From assembly GCA_951406725.2 (NCBI GenBank), contig OX597832.1, positions 68,324,001 to 68,388,000 of the forward strand: a DNA stretch of 64,000 nt. The letters are read 5' to 3'. Position numbers and translations under genes: made by a program. Source of the stretch: Octopus vulgaris. Taxonomy: Eukaryota. The notes beneath the pieces were generated by a model that saw only the letters and a list, made by a program, of their open reading frames with translations, searched no databases and was not told the DNA's origin. Shown here in pieces: positions 36,608-51,189 of the stretch (positions are counted from its first letter, which is position 1; every line of letters starts with the position of its first letter).

Positions 36608-37334
36608 GTATAAAGATGGAAGGTGGAGTGTTTAATAAGAATCCTAACAGATAACAATGCAATTTGATTATTTGATTAACTTCTCTCTTCGTACTGAGTC
36701 AACTCAAACCTTGTGATCAACATGAGAGAGAGAGGGAGGGAGAGATGGATAAAGAAGAGAGAGGGAAAAGGGGAGAGGGAAAGGAGAGATAGGGAGGGTA
36801 ACTGAAGGAAGGGAATGAATGGAAAAAAGGGTAGAGACAATCCTGAGAATGATATGTAATAGTGTTGCAAATCACTCACAGATAGATACACAGACATATG
36901 CAGTGTGCATGTGCAACCACACATACATATGTGCATGTGTGTATGTGTGTATGCAAATAGAAAATATGAGATTTAAGAACAAGGGAGACAGAGAGATAGA
37001 AAATGTATGCGGGAAAATGGGAGAGAGAGAGAGAGAGAGAAAGAGAGGGAACAAGTGAGATAAAATGAGAGAGGGAGAAAGAGTGGTAAAAGGGTGAAAC
37101 CATAATTTTAACATCTAAAGAAAAGGAGAGGCAGAAAATGTGGTTTTTTTATTTTTCAGACAGGAATATTAATGAAATAACAAATAAAGTATTTTTTTAC
37201 ATCAAAATAAACAACCAAAGATCAAAAATAAATGATTATAAAATAACAGAAAATAAAATAAAAACAATCATAATCAAAGCAAATGAAACAACATTATGTA
37301 ACACCAGCAAAGATATTACATAAGGATAAAGACA

Positions 37335-37506
37335 TAGGTGCAGGCGTGGCAGTGTGGCTAGATGCTGACTCCATATGCACATGGTTCTGGGTTCAGTCTC
37401 ACTGTGTGGTACCTTGGGCAAGGGCCTTCTACTATAGTCTGGGGCCAATCAAACCCTTGTGAGTGGATTTGGTTGACAGAAACTGAAAGAAGCCCATCAT
37501 ACATAT

Positions 37507-37577
<71 letters not shown>

Positions 37578-37800
37578 AATATATGTATATGTGTGTGTTT
37601 TTTGTTCCCTGTTTGTCCTCCAATCACAGTCTCACAACCAGTGTTGGTGTGTTTACATTCCTGTACCTTAGCAGTTCAGAAAAAGAGACTGATAGAATAA
37701 GAACTAGGCTTTAAAGAAAAAGTCCTAGAATAGATTTATTCAGATGAAATTCTTTAAGGTCGTGCTCCAGCATGGCTGCAGTCAAATGACTGAAAGAAGA
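37335..37800 (+). mobile_element. Composite tRNA-derived SINE
   Basis: Same head, microsatellite spacer and tail as 14280-14720; followed by (GAA)n. Confidence 0.8.
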
Positions 37801-38564
37801 AGAAGAAGAAGAAGAAGAAGAAGAAGAAGAAGAAGAAGAATGCACAATGGTACTTTTGTTTTATTTATATTAAGTTTACATGGTTTGTTTATATGATGTG
37901 TGACAATCATCTTTGACTGTTTCTCATCATCATCATTTAATAAACATTTTTAAATGCTACTTGCATAGGTGGGATACGGTTTGTGTTAGATTTTCTATAG
38001 CAAGATGTCCTTCCTCTTTCCATCCCTCCCTCATTTCCAAACAACATATTATTTCCCTATAGCCAGATATGATTTTTGTGGAAGAATGGAAATTAACAGA
38101 CCCACTTCTATGACTGACGCTCAACCATCACATAATATGTAGACAAGATTCATACAATCTGTACACACATATACATATATATATATTTCTCTTTTTTTTC
38201 ATTCCACTTCACTTGTATTACCCTTTTAGGATTTATCACCTTTTATTCATGTATATGTGTATGTTTCATAATGTTGGGTTTTGCCATTGGGTGCACTATT
38301 GTTTTAATAAATATTTATATTCGATTTTTGATAATTTGAGAATGATATAAAATTTTTTTGACCAATTGGAGTGTTTAGTCATTATACCTTTCAATTTATT
38401 TCTCCTTTCACTTTGGTGTCACCTGAGCACTTCCAGCTGCTGTCCTATTTTTGTTTTTGTTCTTCAGTCTAATGAAGTTATAAAATTATCCTCTTATGTG
38501 TATATATATATATATATTATGTATGTATGTATGTATGTATGTATATATAATCAATCCAAAAAGA

Positions 38565-39570
38565 ATGAAGAACAAACACAACAAGAAAAAAACAATGTGA
38601 GGACATGGTACATGCAAAGTATTAGCAGACACTCAGGGAAGGAAAGAAAGGTAGTTTTATGCTTCGAGCAAAGCTGTTCATAAGAAACAGGAGATGGAGG
38701 AAAGTCCAAGAGAAAAGGAAGACAAAGGAAAAACATCACCAATATATATATCAAAAATAGGAATTTAAAGTGTCAAAGAGATATCACATTAAGCTCTCTG
38801 CCTGGTGTCTGGCTACCAAGAAAGACTGTGGTTAAGGCTGGGATGCAACCTCTCTATCATTCTGAATATCCGAGAATGCTAATGGTGGAGATTTTGTATA
38901 TTAGCTAATCATATATAAGAAGTGAATTGAAAGAACTGATGTTTATTCCCTTAGTTGACAGCTGTTTCATAATTCATGTTACATAATTAATACTACATCA
39001 TTTGTCTCCCACAGACACATATATGTATGTATATCTACCATTAACTGCATATGTATACATACAATCAACTCTATGTGTGTGTGTGTTTCTACCTGTTTTC
39101 AACTTCCTTTTTTTGCTTCACCACAGGCATGTTCAGTCACACTTTCCCTGGGCTCTCACTTTCTCATTTACCTTCAACACCAGATACATTTTTTTCTTTT
39201 TCCACCTTCTCTTCTATCTCTTCATCCCTAAACACTCTCCCTTTTGTGTCCATTAATTGCATGCAATGAAAGCATGCCAGTCTTTTTACACATCTGGTGT
39301 CCCAGCAGTCTTCAGGCACTGCCCACATGGCATAAGCTATGGAACAGTACACAAATATATACTTCAAAATGTAACTACTTGTGGATCATTGGCGATATTT
39401 TTCTTCCGTCTTCCTTTCTTTTTGAACTTTCTTCTGTGTCCTGTTTCTGAAGAAGAGCTTTGCTCAAAACATAAAGCACCTTTTCTTTCCTTCTCTCGGG
39501 GTCTTATTAATATTTTGCATGTACCACGTCCTTGCACTGTTGTTTCTTTCCTTGTGTTTTTTCTCAATTT
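38565..39570. mobile_element. Inverted pair of pLTR-like repeats with hammerhead motif
   Basis: 38565-38744 (-) is a diverged reverse complement of 39387-39570 (+); TTT-CTGAAGA-A-GAGC TTT GCTC-AAAAC-ATA at 39444-39473. Confidence 0.6.
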
Positions 39571-40599
39571 TGTTTATTAATTATATATATATAGATAGAT
39601 AGATAAAGAGATAGAGAGAGAGAGAGGGGGGAGATTAGGTGAGTGACAACTGCTTTCTTACAGTTTCTCTCTAATAAATCAACCTCAAGTCTCTGGTTGG
39701 TGTTACACAGTGGGATTGAACCTATCATCACAAGGTTGAGCAGCAAGATTCTTACACAACATTGCTTGCCCCTATGTTTGCACTTGAAATTTCTCATATA
39801 AACGCAAAGAGAAATTTAATGGGAAGTCAAAACTGTATCTTCAATTTTCCTATGGTATTTTATTATAATTAAATTGGAATTTTGTTAATTCAATTTGACT
39901 GCCAGATTTTTTTTGTTTTTTTCTTCTTCCTTGTTTAGTTTTCATTCTGAGCTGCTTAAACTATTTGTTGAACGGTCATAATGTTTGTCATGTGCAAAGA
40001 TGTTACTTTTGGAATTATTTTGGGTTTTAATCTTAAGCTTTTCTATTGATCTTCACACTAATTGTGTTGGCTTTCATTATTCTTGTTTCACACCTCAAGT
40101 TTCTGTACAGGTGCAAAATGAAATAATATTTACTTTAATATTATTATTGTTGTTGTTAAGGTGGTGAGCTGGCAGAATCATTAGCATGCCAGGCAAAATG
40201 TTGAGTGGCATTTCGTTTATCTTTACAAATTTTGAGCTCAAATTTAAAAAAAGAAAAATAACATCAAGGTTGACTTTGTTTTCCAACCTTTCGGAATCAA
40301 TAAAATAAGTACCAGTTGAGTACTGGGATCGATGTGATCAACTTAACTCTAACCCCCAAAATTGCTCTGGCCAAATCATTACCCTGTCGGGCAAAATGCT
40401 TACCAACATTTCATCCATCTCTATGTTCTCAATTCAAACTCTGCTAAGGTCATATTTGCCTTTCATCCATTCATGTTCAATGAAATAAGTACCAGTTATG
40501 CACTGGGGTCAATGTAATCAACAGCCACTTTGCCCCAAATTTCAAGCCTAGTGCTTATAATAGAAAGGCTTATTATTTTTGTTATTGTTATTTTTCTTA

Positions 40600-40631
<32 letters not shown>

Positions 40632-41724
40632 GTTATGGAAAGCAGGAAGAAAGAAGGTTCATCTGACAAAATGCTCAACAGCATTTCTTTCATTTTAGAG
40701 TTCAAATACTGTCAAGTTTGACTAAGCTTTTAGTCCTTCTAGGGTGGGAATTTCCAACCACTTTTCGTGGTTCGCTATCTCAACAGCTCCTTTATGGGGT
40801 CCAGTGGCTAAAGACATCATCAAGAGGAACCACGTCCTGTTTCTGCTCCTACCCCTCTATCATTTTCGACGTGGCAGGGCCTCTCCCATTTCAGAGGTAT
40901 CTTCAGCTCTGGTGTTGAGTGCATATTTTTCTGTTCTCCTTCTTTCTTCAATGCAACATCAATGAATGTTAGCTGGGCAAATGACCATCTTACCAAATTT
41001 CCCTTTAAATACTCACCAGTAGGCTCCAGCAGCCTGAACCGGCTGTCACATGAAATAAGTCCCGGTAGAGTACAAGGGCTGACGCAATCAACTTACTCTT
41101 TTCTCCTAAAATTTCTGGCTTTGAGCCTAAATTGGAAATAATTATTTTCATTAAAGAAATGTGACACAAAATTTTGGTATTGGCCCCAGTTGACATTAAT
41201 CAGCAGTTTGGCCATGTTAGATTCTAATTTCAAGTTGGAATTTAAATGGTCTTCTGTTTACCTTTCATATTCTGTGTGTGAACAAATAAATAGCATCAGA
41301 GGACAGAAGTTGATGGAAGCAACTGATATGTCTGCCACAGTTTTAATCATATTTTTGTGCTTCATGTTGCTGCATTAAGTGCTCCATGTTGCAGCATCAG
41401 TTTAACATGGTTACTTATGCAGCACAGTTTCAGTTCTCATCCTCCAAATTCACTCACAAAGATTTGGTTGGTTCAGAGCTATGAAAATCTGTTGTGCTGT
41501 GCAGGGGTACTGAACCCAAAATGTATTGAGAATTTAGTTTGTGGACCTCTTTACTGCAAAAATCAAATATACCCATTTAAAATTTCATTAAACCTAACAT
41601 CAGAATGCAATTTTGGATATCAATCTGTCATTTGTTGAGGAATTTTAATTTTTGTAAGGCAGCAGGACTCACAGAAATTAACAATTACTGGAATGACCAT
41701 GAAATTTAATTTTGCTGTTACAGG

Positions 41725-42045
41725 GTTACGCAAAAAGCACCATTCAAATGTGGTCGATGCCAGTGTCCCTTGACAGGCTCCATACTGGTAGCAAGTAAAA
41801 AGCACTATCCAAACGTGACCGATGCCAGGGCTGCTTGACTGATTGGCTCCTGTCCCAGTGGCATGTAAAAAGCACCCACTACACTCTCAGAGTAATTGGC
41901 ATTAGGAAGGGCATCCAGCTGTAGAAACATTGCCAGATGAAATTGGAGCCTGGTGCAGCTGCTGGTATTCCAGACCTCAGTCAAACCATCCAACCCATGC
42001 CAGCATGGAAAACGGACGTTAAACAATGATGAGGATGATGATGAG
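41725..42045 (+). mobile_element. Meta-domain-like repeat / RTE 3' UTR fragment
   Basis: AAAAAGCAC tandem units, TTGGCATTAGGAAGGGCATCCAGCTGTAGAAAC, tail CCAACCCATGCCAGCATGGAAAACGGACGTTAAAC-(GAT)n. Confidence 0.8.
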
Positions 42046-45000
42046 GGTTAACAACAACTGCCAATTTATAATTAAAGGGTTCCAACATCTCATGTTTAAA
42101 CACTTACTAGAATTTTCCTGAGATGTTTATACTGAAACTTAATTAGTGCTATTAAATGGCCAAAGCCAGTACCAGTCATATAATGGGGGAGGATAACATA
42201 GCAATTTACTACATCACTCACGCCTTCATTTTATATTGGTGGTGGTGAAAAATTCGAAATCAATATTCTGTAAATGGCAATAAATTCTACAGAAGAATGG
42301 AACACAACAGAGTATTGTGAAACCAATTAAGCAAAGTCAGAAAGGATATGAATTTGAAATGGTTACTGGTGAAATTAGCATAGTTCCATAGTTGTAATAT
42401 ATTTGAATAATATTTGAGTGCTTGTCACATGGTATGAATGCGTCTCCTTCCCCTCAACCCACTGAGCTATGAATGTAACCTTTTGTCACCCGGTGTGTGA
42501 CTTTTGTCTCTGCAAATATATGTATTATGTATTGATATATTCATATGGACACACACACACATGCACACACACACACAAGCATACATACATACATACATAA
42601 TTATATATTCATACTGTCATAGATGCATATATGTGTACGACACAAGTATGTATATTGTGTGTGTTTGTTTCTTTTTTTGCACACAGCTGCGTTTATATAT
42701 TGTGTATGCATATGTATACACACACACACGCATATATATATTCATGATGAGGATTTTGTATATGGATGTACAAATGTGTAGCTAGTTTCTCACTTTGTTT
42801 TGTTTCTATTGTGTTTTTTTTATTTTAATTTGCATTTTTAGATATATTTTGTCTCTCTCTTGCCTTCTTAGAATATATTTGCATATATGAATATATCTGT
42901 ATATGCATGTATGTATATATGTTGGCATGTAAAGTTTAAATCTGTATCTTCCTACAGAAGGTAGTGTATACAAGGTATACGCAATCCTGTCAGTTCATAT
43001 ATTTTTGGAGTAAGCTTCGTTTCTCTTCTCTTTTTACCTTTGTGCAATTTCAGTTTAGGTTAGAAGGGAGGTTCGCAATCTGCCCAAAGGAATGGTGAAA
43101 CTGATATAACTGGTTCTTAGCCTTAAGATCTTTGCAACAATGTCTGTATAAAAGATTTTGACAGAGAGCAAAAATGGGGATTTTAGTAACTGAAATTCTT
43201 GCAATACAACATGTAATGCAATAAGTGCCAGAATGTCAGGATTTGGTTTAACACTATGATTTGATCTTATCAGGATTCCATTCCTTGTTTTCATATCAAA
43301 ATATTGGGATTCTTGTAGGGAAATCTATTGCCAAATAAAATTGCAAAAGTGTGTGCCAATATATGCATCCAAATTCTTCATCAATGTCTTTTTACTTTCT
43401 TTGTGATATCAAACTGGAAGCTGCCTTCAAGTATGCCATGATTTTCTAGGAAGATAAAACATGCATGTGTGTGTGTGTATGATAGTGTGTGTGCATTGTG
43501 TGTTAGTGTATATGTGTGTGCGTGTGCTTGTGTGTATGAACACATGTGTATGATAGTCTGTGTGCATTGTGAGATTGTGTGTATGTGTGTATGTGTGTGT
43601 GCGTGTGTTTGTGTGTATGAACACATGTCTATGATAGTGTGTGTGCATTGTGAGATAGTGTGTTTGTATGTGTGTGTATCCGTGTGTATGCGTGTGTGTG
43701 TGTGCACATAAGACTGTAAAGCTTTCTCTGAATATTATTATATAATTGTATTTAATTTATGAATGTGCATTTATCTATCTGTGCCTCTTTCTCTCTTATA
43801 TATATATAAATATATATATTCATATATTTATACATATATATATACACAAACATATATACATATATATTCAGTATATGTATATATTATGTGTGATATGCAT
43901 ATACACATATATTCATTTATATAATGTATATGTTCATATAAATATATATATATATATACATATACATTGTGTCCATCTATATGCGTGTGTACATACACAC
44001 ATACACACATATATACGCACACACACAGGTGCATATGTATGTGTATATCTGTATATAAGATTGTATATGTGTATGCAGATGTTTGTGAGGCATGCATTTG
44101 TGATATAGCTACCTATTTTACTTCACACAAATAATGATATAACCATACATATAATTATCCAGTCGTGTATGTGCTCGTATACATATCTATATCAATATAT
44201 ATATGTGTGTTTGTCCATGTGTGTGTGTGTGTGTGTGTGTGCATATTTACTTAAATCTGTATATTGATTTCTTTCTATATATATATCATGAAAAGATGAT
44301 CAAGTTAAAAGTAAAGTATATTCAGATAGCCATCACCTCTCTTGGAATTATAACACTGTAACCGTGCAGAGCAGTGTTGTAGAAGCTTATTGTGGTTCTG
44401 GGAAGGTTAAGCTGTGTCCTAACACTCCAAATACTGTCCTGTTGACCCTGGTTTGAAAACTTACATACTGGTCTTTTTACAAATTAGTTTTGCAGGAGAG
44501 ACCATCTAAGAGTTAGAATTAGATAACATCAAACAAGATTCTGGAAGTATTCATGTGTTTATTTGTGTGCTTGATATAAGTCTGCGAGTGTGATATCATT
44601 TATATTCTTCAGTTTTTACCATTGTCATTAATACTCATACTGGGGCATCACCAAAAGTTGGATAGGCTTTATTAGCTGTGAGCATATGTCTGTTTTGGAT
44701 GTGTGTGTATGCATGTGTGTGTGTGTGTCTGTGTGGTTGTAGTGTAAGAATGGTTGTTCCTTCGTAAAATGATACAAATTATTCTTGATAACTGTGATTG
44801 CAAGATCGTGTCTTTAAACAACAAAGAAAGTATGTGTGTGTTTGTGTTGTGTGTATGTGTGTGTATGTATAAATGCTGGATCTAAATACAATTATATATT
44901 TACATTTATTTGTATGGGTATGTATATATTTCTAATTCTATACATAATTATACATACATATATATTCAAATTTGTATTTGAATATATACACATAAGCATA

Positions 45001-45032
<32 letters not shown>

Positions 45033-46344
45033 CACACAGGCCTATTTCCCATTTTTTTGTTTAGGGGTAGCCACAGCAAGACACACACCAGCTCAAAGGG
45101 GCAAGCCCCATTCTATGCTTGGGTCCAGGCACAGAGTGCAAATCCTAATATCAGCAGCTGGGCCAGGCAGCATATGCTGGCTTACCCCCACCGTATCCAG
45201 TCGGTTCTGTATCCCTTTGAGCACCATCAAAATTTACTCATCCATCCACAAATACACACACACAGACACATACCTATATAAATTATAAAAGTATTTATAT
45301 ATATATATCTCTGTGTATAAAGCATTAGCATTATCATATGTATGGAGTTGCTTTTTATCTAAATATTTATTTTCTTCAGGGCAGAAATCTACCGTTTTGT
45401 TGATGTTGTTATTTTCTGCTTGTTCCTGATAGTTATTTTGGTAAGCAAAGCAGCATACATCTTCTCAGTGAAACAAAGATTCTGGTGAAACTGCCAAGCA
45501 CTGAAGTGTAAGCTTTTGAGATCTTTCACATCTTAGTCATTTTCGGTGGCTTCTGTAACTTTTTTTTGTAAAAGTAGTATAGTCCATGTTTCAGTTCAAA
45601 AGTCTACTGGAAATACTTTTGATGGTTCTAAATAAATGCAACACCTGACCCCAGGATTTTTGTCTGGCAATAACATATATATTAATATTTGTATTTTCAA
45701 ATCTTTTTTCTTGTTTCACTAATTCGAGTACAGCCATGCTGGAGCACCATCTTCAAGGATTTTAGCTAAGTAAATTAAGCTAAGTATTGATGCTGTGTTT
45801 TAATTTTCTTTTTTCTTTTGCCAGGTACTTTTTTATCGATTGCTTTTGCCAAACTACTAAGTTATGGAGACGTAAAGAAATCCTTCAAGGCATTGCACCA
45901 ACATGGTTGCAGTCCAGTGACTGAAACAAGTAAAAGACAAAGATATATTTGTGTTCTTATCTTTCTGTCTATTCCAGTAGTTGACTGGTAAGTTATATGA
46001 TTGATTCCCCAGAAAGATGGAAGTCAGAATGTAAAGAGGGAGAAGAAATATCACACACGTGTTTTCCTCATGTTTCCCTCATGACTCTGCTAGCAAACCA
46101 GATTTGAAATGTTTCAACTGAGGCAGAAAACCAGCAATTTTAGGTGGATGGAGCTGAGGCACTACTCTGGCGTTTCACTGGTAACTTGGTTAAAAGCAGA
46201 CTTGACATTGGCTGGATTTGTATGCATAGCAGAGAATCAAAACAAATGCTACAAAATATTTCATTCAGCCAATCAAACACCATAAATACCACTACTAATA
46301 CTATTGTTGCTGCTGCTGCTGCTACCACTACCACTACTACTACT

Positions 46345-47352
46345 ACTGTGCAGATGATTAGCGAAGAGATTGGCATGGAATTTGGGATTGAGAAATGTGG
46401 TGCCAAGGAGGAAAATCAGTAAAAGCCATGGGATAAAGCTGGAAAGTACTGAAACTATAAAGGAAGTCAGAGAGGAAGGATATAAGTAGCTGGGTATCAT
46501 CGAAAGATAAATGAACACAAGATGAAAGAAATGTACAGGAAAGAGTATTTGAGAACTCAGCTTGTACTCCGATCGAACCTAAATGGCTGTTATAAGATTA
46601 GAGCTATTAACACGTAGGCAATTGCTCTTATGGAGCAGGAATAGTATCTTGGAAGAAGCATGAATTACAAGAGGTAGACCGGAAAACATGTAAATTAATG
46701 ACAATGAACTAGGAACTACATCACAAGAGTGATGTGTCAAGATTGCATGTAAAGAGGAAAGAAGGAGGAGGACAGGTATTTGGTGTGTTGTGAAGGTTGT
46801 GTAAGGCAAGAGGAGAATAGCCTTGCTTGGTGTGTCAGTGGGGAATAAAAAAGAAATGATTGAAGCAGTGAAAATGCAGGGAACCTTAAAAGTGAATGAA
46901 GCCATAGATCCAACACAATTTAAGAAAGACCAGAGAAAGCAGATGAAGAAAATTTAGCAGGACAAGAAGATGCGCAGTTAGTTCTTTCTTGAAGAATAAA
47001 GATGAGAGTGATAGGAATAGAACCTGGCAATGGCTGCAGAAAGGAGGCTTAGAAGGACCCACTGAGGCATTAGTGTGCAGCACTCAAGAACAAGCTCTCA
47101 GAACAAACTACTCCAAATATTACATTGATCAAAGCACCAACTTGCCATAGTGTAGGATGTGCTCTGAGAAGGGAGAAAGTATAAGCCATATTGTTAGTGA
47201 GTGCTGTAAGCTCGCACAACATGAATATAAAAGGGGACATGACAGTGTGGCTAGATATGTCCACTAGCTGTTGTTGAGAGAGCCAAACAATGGTATGAAC
47301 ACAAGCCAGAGGGTGTAATGGAAAACAAACATTACAATATACTCTGGGATTT
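46345..47352 (+). mobile_element. R4/Dong-clade LINE fragment (RT C-terminus to zinc knuckle)
   Basis: SEEIGMEFGIEKC, KIRAINT, KSDVSRLHVKRKEGG, QEQALRTNY, CRMCSEKGESISHIVSEC, WYEHKPEGVMEN..ILWDF; multiple stops and frameshifts. Confidence 0.85.
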
Positions 47353-47379
47353 TAGCAAGAATGCATAAAAAATAATATC

Positions 47380-48277
47380 AATAATGTGAATGAATACAAA
47401 AAAATGCGTTGAATTTGTCTGACAATGAAGAAATCCCTTCTGAGTTTATCCCCTATTTTGAGTTTACATACATTGGGACTGTAAGGGAGTGCAGTCCTCA
47501 TTGGCAAAGAGAAACCCCACATTTTCCTATACAACACTGGAATGTACTTGATCACATCTTAATGGACTTGCCAAGATTAAATAATTCTTTAGAAGGGTTC
47601 CACAATGCTTTGCCCTCATCACTAACATCCCCTCATCCAAATTCATAGAAACCATGCTCTGTGCTTAAAGCTGAGGAAGGATTAAGCTAGACAAAACTTG
47701 CACACATTTGATATGGAGACTCAACAACAACAACAACAAAAATGTCCTATCAAATTATTACCGCATGACTGCAATTTTTAAGAATTATTGCACACAAATT
47801 GTCTTAAGAAATTTTTAAATAATTTTTAAAAGATAAATTAAACTTTCTTATCCTAACTCTGTTTCACAATGTACTCACTGTTATTTTTTATCCTATTGTT
47901 ATAATAAAATGTGTGCTAAAATTTAATCTTTTCTTTCTTTATCCCAAATTATATTATTTTTGAAATTTTGTGATGAGTCTTTTTCATAGATTCTTGCTCG
48001 ATGGGAGAACATTAAAGTGATCCCATCTCAATTCAAGTAGATTATGAAGATTATTTCCTATCTCACCTTCAGGCTCTCTCTCTCTCTCTCTCTCTCTCTT
48101 CTTAAGATTTGAGAGACAGACAGATTTAATAACATAGATACTGACCCATGGTTTAGAGAAACTGACCACTGTGATTATTAGTGGGGGCAGCTTATGCTGG
48201 AAGTCTGTCTATGGGTGGAATTTACCTTGGTGGAATATACTGTGGTGGAATTTACAGCGGTAGAATATACCTAGAAC
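47380..48277 (+). mobile_element. Mutator-like (MULE) transposase C-terminal fragment and terminal tandem repeats
   Basis: YFEFTYIG...FPIQHWNV...LPRLNNSLEGFHNAL (PRTNN.EG.H motif); 15-bp units GGTGGAATWTAC at 48213-48270. Confidence 0.7.
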
Positions 48278-48866
48278 TTTCACACACATATGGTTGTGAT
48301 ACATTGTGTCTGGTGCACCCTTATCAGATGGGTAGTCATGATGGGTATATTGAGCTTCGTATATTTTATCCCAGTGTCATTTTGATGGCATTCTCTGCTC
48401 TCTCATCTAATAATAATAATAATAATAATCCTTTCTACTATAGGCACAAAGCCTGACTACCCGTCTGATAAGGGTACACCACACACATGCATCACAACAT
48501 ATGTGCACGACATGGTGATCTCAAATCAACATAAATGGTGCATGACCTTGCAAGTGGGGTCCAGTTAAATTTTTCTTTAGGTCAAGAAGCCCTTCCCACT
48601 CAAACAATCCCTAAATATGGGTTTGTGCAAGGATGATGAACAAAACAGCAATGTTTCCGGAAGTGAATTATCCAAACCCCAAAGAATTCCTCTCAACACA
48701 TGGCTATGATGCTTCCTTACTATTTCTGCTCCATTAGTTAAGGTCAAACAACTGAGAAGCGAATTTGTGGTATTGAGCAGAATATTTGCTATAGGCCATC
48801 TTTTATACCGAGAAAAAACAATGTACATGATAACACTTCAAATCAGTTATCATCATCATCAACATC

Positions 48867-48914
<48 letters not shown>

Positions 48915-49176
48915 TCGAAATTTGTCATGAGGCAAGCAATTTTAGATTAAAGGTATTGTACAAATACATAAATCCTAGGATTTGACAAGTTCTCCATTTT
49001 ATCAACCACGAAAAGGATGAAAGACAAAGGTGATCCCAGTGGATTTTGAACTCAGACAGTAAAAGAACCATAAGAAATGCTAGATGACAATGACGATGAT
49101 GATGATGATAAGAAAAAAGAACAATAACAAAAGCAGCCAATCAATCATTTAGTGTAAGAAAATAATTAAGGCAGAA

Positions 49177-49208
<32 letters not shown>

Positions 49209-49527
49209 GTTGTTGTTGTTTTTTTGTTTTACAATTTAGCAGACCTGAGGAATGAAAAATATATAAATAAAACAATCCCTTCTATACACTAAACAAAACT
49301 CTAACGAAGAAAACTAATTAGAGATGTGTGTGTCTATGGAAAAGCTATTTTGTTGGAGATATAAATGATAATGTTTATCTTTTCAGATCAGTTAAGATGA
49401 AATTTATTCCAGTGAAAAAGTTCAGGCTGATTAAAATCATAACATCTTGTTTAATGCGTATTTCTGTGTGTCAGTGCATCCATCTACTGGCTTATATGTT
49501 CATATGTGTGTTTAGCTATGCATTTAT

Positions 49528-49572
<45 letters not shown>

Positions 49573-49616
49573 TGAATGTGTGGTGCATGCGTATGCATAT
49601 GTATCTATGTGTATGA

Positions 49617-49703
<87 letters not shown>

Positions 49704-50514
49704 CATATATATATATTATATGTGTATGTCAATATACATATATATATATGCATATGTGGTATGTATGCATATGTGGTATGTATGCATCTATATTTATGGG
49801 TGTTTGTGTATATATGTGTGTGTGTGAGTATATTTGTGTGTGTGTATACATATATATTCTTTTTTTATTCATTTATATATATATACACGTATGTATGGTA
49901 TGTGTCTATTTATGTTTATATATGCATAGACACACACACACATATATATATATGCACACTTAGACACATGTAGTTATATGTATGTGCTTGTAGGTATAAA
50001 CGTATGTGCGTGCGCACACATGCGTGTGTGTGTGTGAGTGTAAAATTTAGAGTGTGATAATACTGAATTCTGTATGCAAAAGAAAGAAAAAACGTCATTT
50101 AGATTTCCCTTTTAGTTGTGGAAGAAAGAAAAAACCTTGCCATAATTGGTAGTGATTCTCAAAGATAATTTGAACAAAATAAGAATTAATTTTCCACCGT
50201 TGATTTACATGTCTGGAGCAATGAACGATCGTTCTTTGTAAGGACAAAATAACGACTACACTAATGTTTTGGAGTGGTTTAGATTGTCATCATCAACAGA
50301 AGCTCAGAAATTCAGTGATCTATTTGAAGGATATACTCCAGCCTCATGTAAATGAGTGTTCAAAGTTTTGGGAAGAATGAGCTATATTCGAAATTGCCAA
50401 GAGCATGACCCACCTCTCATAGTTTTGGAAAGAAATTATATTGTCTTTTACGCTTGCAATGGGTCATCTTCTCTTTGTTCTTCAAAAGTTACTTGATTTC
50501 ATATTCATACATAC

Positions 50515-50549
<35 letters not shown>

Positions 50550-50552
<3 letters not shown>

Positions 50553-50745
50553 TCATCCTCATTTAACATTCGTTTTCCATGCGAGCATGGTTGGACAGTT
50601 CGACCAGAGTCTGGGAAGCCAGGAGGCTGCACCAGGCTCCAGTCTGATCTGGCATTGCTTCTACAGCTGGATGCCCTTCCTAACGTCAACCGCCCTGTGA
50701 GTGTAGTGGGTGCTTTTTACATGCCACCAGCACAGGGGCCAGAGG
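50550..50745 (-). mobile_element. Meta-domain-like repeat / RTE 3' UTR fragment
   Basis: CTACAGCTGGATGCCCTTCCTAACG on the plus strand; (CAT)n end. Confidence 0.75.
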
Positions 50746-50791
50746 AGACTGGCAAAGGGACAAGAGGAGGCTGGCAAACAGGCCAGAGGAG

Positions 50792-50842
<51 letters not shown>

Positions 50843-50908
50843 GTTTGTGTGTGTGTGCATACATGCATATATGTATGTATAAGCATATGTTCATGTGTGT
50901 GTGTGTGC

Positions 50909-50940
<32 letters not shown>

Positions 50941-51135
50941 ATATATATATATATACATACATTCACAGATATACAGTGACTAGTCCAGTTGTCCATCCAG
51001 ACCCCATGTGCTATATTATCAAAATACCACCACAGTGAATATAACAACGATTGCTATTTGAATTAACAATCTTATCCTTATTTATGGAGAATTTTTTATA
51101 AATATTCACTTTGTCATTCTTTTTATTGTGGTAAT

Positions 51136-51189
<54 letters not shown>

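Noticed and set aside
40745-40945. Possible RTE C-terminal remnant on the minus strand
   Set aside because: Motifs (LKW..HV, WTP) are too degenerate to list confidently.
43038-43143. Minus-strand exon-like segment (tacag...AAG|gtaaaa)
   Set aside because: Stops in all three frames and a weak donor; a non-coding exon cannot be excluded.
45380-45440. Plus-strand exon candidate (ttcttcag...TTG|gtaagc, AEIYRFVDVVIFCLFLIVIL)
   Set aside because: Hydrophobicity follows from T-richness, no partner exons were found, and it is opposite to the supported exon.
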